From positions 115,803 to 135,802 of IMG/VR virus record IMGVR_UViG_3300008117_000004: DNA of 20,000 bases, one strand, 5' to 3'. Made by a program: the position numbers and the translations under genes. Source of the DNA: an uncultured virus (IMG/VR IMGVR_UViG_3300008117_000004). Taxonomy: Duplodnaviria > Heunggongvirae > Uroviricota > Caudoviricetes. This document shows positions 17,332 to 20,000 of this stretch, in pieces. The notes under the pieces were generated by a model that did no database searches, was not told the origin of the DNA, and saw only the letters and a program-made list of their open reading frames with translations. Each line of letters opens with the position of its first letter. Position 1 is the first letter of the stretch.

Positions 17332-17652
17332 ATGAATAAACAAATACAATCTTTTATTGATAATGCTGAAATAAAATGGAATGATAAATTAGTATTGAAA
17401 AAAATGATTGAATTGAGTAATGAAGTTTATGAGAAAATTAAATCATTTGGTAAACTAAATGACTTATCCGACGTTGAATTGGTCTTACAAAAAATTAAAT
17501 CTATATTAAGTTTATTTAAGAATACAAGATGGGAGTTTTGTAGATTAGGTTACACTGATATAGCTTCTTATAAAAAGAAATTAGATGACGCTCAAAAAGA
17601 TAAAGTTCTACAAAGTTTAGAAGAATTAAAGAAAACATTAAATAGAATATAA
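17332..17652 (+). CDS. Hypothetical helical protein
   Basis: In-frame ATG 17332 lies 10 nt after the upstream stop (preferred over 17275); ends just before a terminator. Confidence 0.65.
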   Translation: MNKQIQSFIDNAEIKWNDKLVLKKMIELSNEVYEKIKSFGKLNDLSDVELVLQKIKSILSLFKNTRWEFCRLGYTDIASYKKKLDDAQKDKVLQSLEELKKTLNRI

Positions 17653-17655
17653 AAT

Positions 17656-17686
17656 AAAAACCTCTTATTAAATAAGAGGTTTTTTT
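17656..17686. terminator. Bidirectional intrinsic terminator
   Basis: Hairpin AAAAACCTCTTAT-taa-ATAAGAGGTTTTT followed by further Ts, between convergent genes. Confidence 0.85.
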
Positions 17687-18014
17687 ATAATAGTTTGTTT
17701 AATTTTAAGTCTCTATAAACACGTTTGGTTATATTACCAAGTGATATATCAGAAAATCCAATTGGGTCTACCATATCGTCTAAAATCGTCTTATATTTGT
17801 TATACCACTCATAAAATATATCACAACTCATTATAATTATTTCAGCGAAAGATATATTTGTGATAAAATCATCATATTGACAAACTAAGACATTACAATC
17901 ATGACCAAAACTACTATTAGTGTGATAAAAAGGATAATTTATTGTAACACACATATTCCAATCTAATGTTACAATAAAACCCATTTTATGTATTCTATCT
18001 AACTCATCAATCAT
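17685..18014 (-). CDS. Hypothetical protein ending in RDLKLNKLL
   Basis: 109-aa ORF, start overlaps the upstream stop; shares a C-terminal motif with its two upstream neighbours. Confidence 0.7.
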   Translation of the reverse strand: MIDELDRIHKMGFIVTLDWNMCVTINYPFYHTNSSFGHDCNVLVCQYDDFITNISFAEIIIMSCDIFYEWYNKYKTILDDMVDPIGFSDISLGNITKRVYRDLKLNKLL

Positions 18015-18228
18015 TTAAAATCTTTTTAATTTTAAAATCTCTTTTATCAGATTTTTCAAGAGGTTCTAAGTAGATTTCACCATCTGAAATCCTAACCTCC
18101 CATTTACCTCCAGTTTTATCATCTAATAAAACTAGTTTCTTAACTATTACATTTCCATCTGGATCAACTAAAATTGATGAATCTCCATTTGGAGTGTTTA
18201 TTTCAAATCTATTTGGTTTAATTGCCAT
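18007..18228 (-). CDS. Small hypothetical protein ending in RDFKIKKILND
   Basis: 73-aa ORF overlapping both neighbours; beta-hairpin-like pattern; shared C-terminal motif. Confidence 0.7.
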   Translation of the reverse strand: MAIKPNRFEINTPNGDSSILVDPDGNVIVKKLVLLDDKTGGKWEVRISDGEIYLEPLEKSDKRDFKIKKILND

Positions 18229-18922
18229 TTAAAAGTTTATCTATTTTTTCGTCTCTCATTTGAGATAATAGAATTAGTGATGATTTTTGAAACTCATCAT
18301 CTATAACATAAACTACTTCATTATCACTTATTTCAAAATAAAAATCATAACTAATAATTATTTTTGGTTGAAAAGTTGCTTCACTACGAACTTCATATTG
18401 AAAATTATTTATGTTAAATCGTATATCATTAAATAAATAAATCATTTCATCATCCCACCTAAGATATGGATCAACATAAACTTCAAAATCTAAATACTTA
18501 CCAACTGGATAAATATAACCATTTGTATTCAATGTGTTTTTAGATAATTTGAAATTAAAAAAATGAAAAGATGATGAGTCTTGTAACTCAGCTGACAATC
18601 TAGCACAACTAACTAAATTTTTATACTTATATTTTGATAAATATAAGCTAGTTATGTTTAATTTTTCATAATAACCAATATTTCTCAAATCGATAAAACC
18701 TTTATTATATTTCATCTCTTTGAATATATACTTAATTAAAGTTCTTAAAATCTCATATTTAATCTGACTAATAAATTTATCTATATATTCATCAGTCATT
18801 GGAACTGAAACTGAAATACTCACACTATTTTTATTAGACGTTATTTTATCATCTAAAATTAAAAAGTCTTTGTTTTCAAAACTTAAAGATTTGATTATAT
18901 TTTCTATTAAATCACTATACAT
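18218..18922 (-). CDS. Hypothetical protein resembling the C-terminal part of T4 gp23-type capsid proteins; ends RDEKIDKLLNGN
   Basis: KNLVSCARLSAELQDS...YPVGKYLDFEVYVDPY resembles the gp23 pattern N-hhh-S...G-x-L-x-G..VY[IV]D[PQ]Y; only 234 aa. The ORF is solid, the capsid link is tentative. Confidence 0.55.
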   Translation of the reverse strand: MYSDLIENIIKSLSFENKDFLILDDKITSNKNSVSISVSVPMTDEYIDKFISQIKYEILRTLIKYIFKEMKYNKGFIDLRNIGYYEKLNITSLYLSKYKYKNLVSCARLSAELQDSSSFHFFNFKLSKNTLNTNGYIYPVGKYLDFEVYVDPYLRWDDEMIYLFNDIRFNINNFQYEVRSEATFQPKIIISYDFYFEISDNEVVYVIDDEFQKSSLILLSQMRDEKIDKLLNGN

Positions 18923-18924
18923 AA

Positions 18925-19878
18925 TTAATTTATCTTTTCACCAGTTTCGGGATTATAATTAAGAATTAAAATCTCAACACCCTTTTCTTGTTCTTTTTTA
19001 GTATCAGAATTATTACCACCTTGTGCGGAACTTCTAAATACTTCTTTCTCAAACCACATATATTTATCTCTTGGTAACAATTCTTCTAATAAAGGGAAAT
19101 AATAATATGATAAAGACCAACGAGACTTTGACTTTTTAATCAACTCTAATAATCTTCTATGAGAAGCTGGTCCAAATACACCATCACTATCAGCACCATA
19201 CCAAAACAACCTTTTAGCATCATCATCACCTTTACCTTCATTAAATCTCGCATATGGTGGATCTAAATAGATATAAGTATCATCTGAGTCATATTTTGTA
19301 ATAAGATCTTCAAAATCAATGTTAGTAAACTCTTTAATAGATTGTAGTTTCTCTGTATATTTATTCTTCTTTAATTTATCAATAAGAACTTCTAACTTTA
19401 ATTTATCTTTATCTTTTTTATAACCATTGAATCCAGCACCTCGTGGATAAACTGAATTGTGAGCTGATGTAATTAAGAATGCGTAAATAGCAGCTTTTTC
19501 AAAATCACCAATCTCAAAATTCATATTATCTAAGAATTCATTTTTTTGATATTCTTTATAAATGCCTTTATAGAAGTCCCATTTCTTTAAAGCTTCTGTT
19601 TCGTTTGTTTTTAAGAGAGTATTTTTTAGATTTTCTAAATAAGGTAGAAACTCTTGAGGTTTTGAACAACAATAATATAAATTAACTTGATGTCTATTTT
19701 TATCATTGTAAATGACAGTATCAACTTTTAATGTATCATCATCTAAATAGGTTCCCATAGATCCACTAAATGGTTCTAAATAAGTTTTTATACTACCATC
19801 TTTAGGTATTTTTTTATTTATAAATTCGTGGAAAACATTTGAACTCTTGCCACCGAAATATGATATCATCGCACACAT
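18925..19878 (-). CDS. DNA N6-adenine methyltransferase, Dam/D12 (alpha) class
   Basis: Motif order X-I-II...IV: SYFGGKS, YLEPFSGSMG, IYND, IYLDPPY, terminal EILILNY. Target specificity cannot be inferred. Confidence 0.9.
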   Translation of the reverse strand: MCAMISYFGGKSSNVFHEFINKKIPKDGSIKTYLEPFSGSMGTYLDDDTLKVDTVIYNDKNRHQVNLYYCCSKPQEFLPYLENLKNTLLKTNETEALKKWDFYKGIYKEYQKNEFLDNMNFEIGDFEKAAIYAFLITSAHNSVYPRGAGFNGYKKDKDKLKLEVLIDKLKKNKYTEKLQSIKEFTNIDFEDLITKYDSDDTYIYLDPPYARFNEGKGDDDAKRLFWYGADSDGVFGPASHRRLLELIKKSKSRWSLSYYYFPLLEELLPRDKYMWFEKEVFRSSAQGGNNSDTKKEQEKGVEILILNYNPETGEKIN

Positions 19879-19901
19879 ATTACTTTTCTATTTTTTTAGT
19901 T

Positions 19902-19932
19902 ATGATTTATAATCATTTTTATTAAAAAGTTT
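19902..19932 (-). promoter_or_regulatory. Possible promoter/operator for the methyltransferase operon
   Basis: Minus strand reads AAACTTTTTAATAAAAATGATTATAAATCAT; TATAAAT sits inside the inverted repeat ATGATT-n3-AATCAT (19902-19916). Confidence 0.25.
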
Positions 19933-20000
19933 AAGGTAATCACTGGGATGATAAGTTTATTTATATATAAATAAAAATAATAAAATATATGATTATATAC

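Noticed and set aside
1..20000. Stop-codon reassignment as seen in some large phages
   Set aside because: Coding density is high under code 11; the TAG at 13476-13478 falls where the paralogues end with TAA, and the TGA at 17319-17321 is followed by another TGA two codons later.
19960..20000. Start of a plus-strand gene at 19989 (MIIY...) after a TTATATATA motif variant
   Set aside because: Only four codons lie in the window; plausible but not supportable.

Overview
AT-rich, densely coding window that reads as part of a large tailed-phage (jumbo/T4-like) genome in standard genetic code 11. No rRNA, tRNA, CRISPR array or mobile element is evident. Order: (1) a glycosylation cassette: a 5'-truncated FkbM-family methyltransferase, then a fusion of a GT-A (DxD) glycosyltransferase with an Aah/TibC-type protein O-heptosyltransferase that keeps the four-Cys iron-finger; (2) two small minus-strand hypothetical genes; (3) a fibre module: two paralogous >1000-aa proteins built on almost proline-free Gly-Thr-Ser/Gly-Ser-Ser/Gly-x-Asn triplet tracts, four tandem copies of a ~140-aa domain in three genes, and a LamG/ConA-like protein; (4) genes with an N-terminal (K)xFExF motif resembling the T4 capsid-targeting sequence, including a Pol-beta-superfamily nucleotidyltransferase; (5) a minus-strand operon with a Dam-like methyltransferase, a truncated gp23-like capsid paralogue and two small genes, the last three products all ending in R-D-x-K-[IL]-x-K-[IL]-L. 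A TAATATATA motif precedes many genes and two bidirectional hairpin terminators separate convergent units. The best candidate for an undescribed system is phage-encoded O-glycosylation (plus sugar methylation) of its own Gly-Ser/Thr fibres; terminal peptide sorting tags are a second candidate. All family calls come from motif recognition by eye, not database searches.
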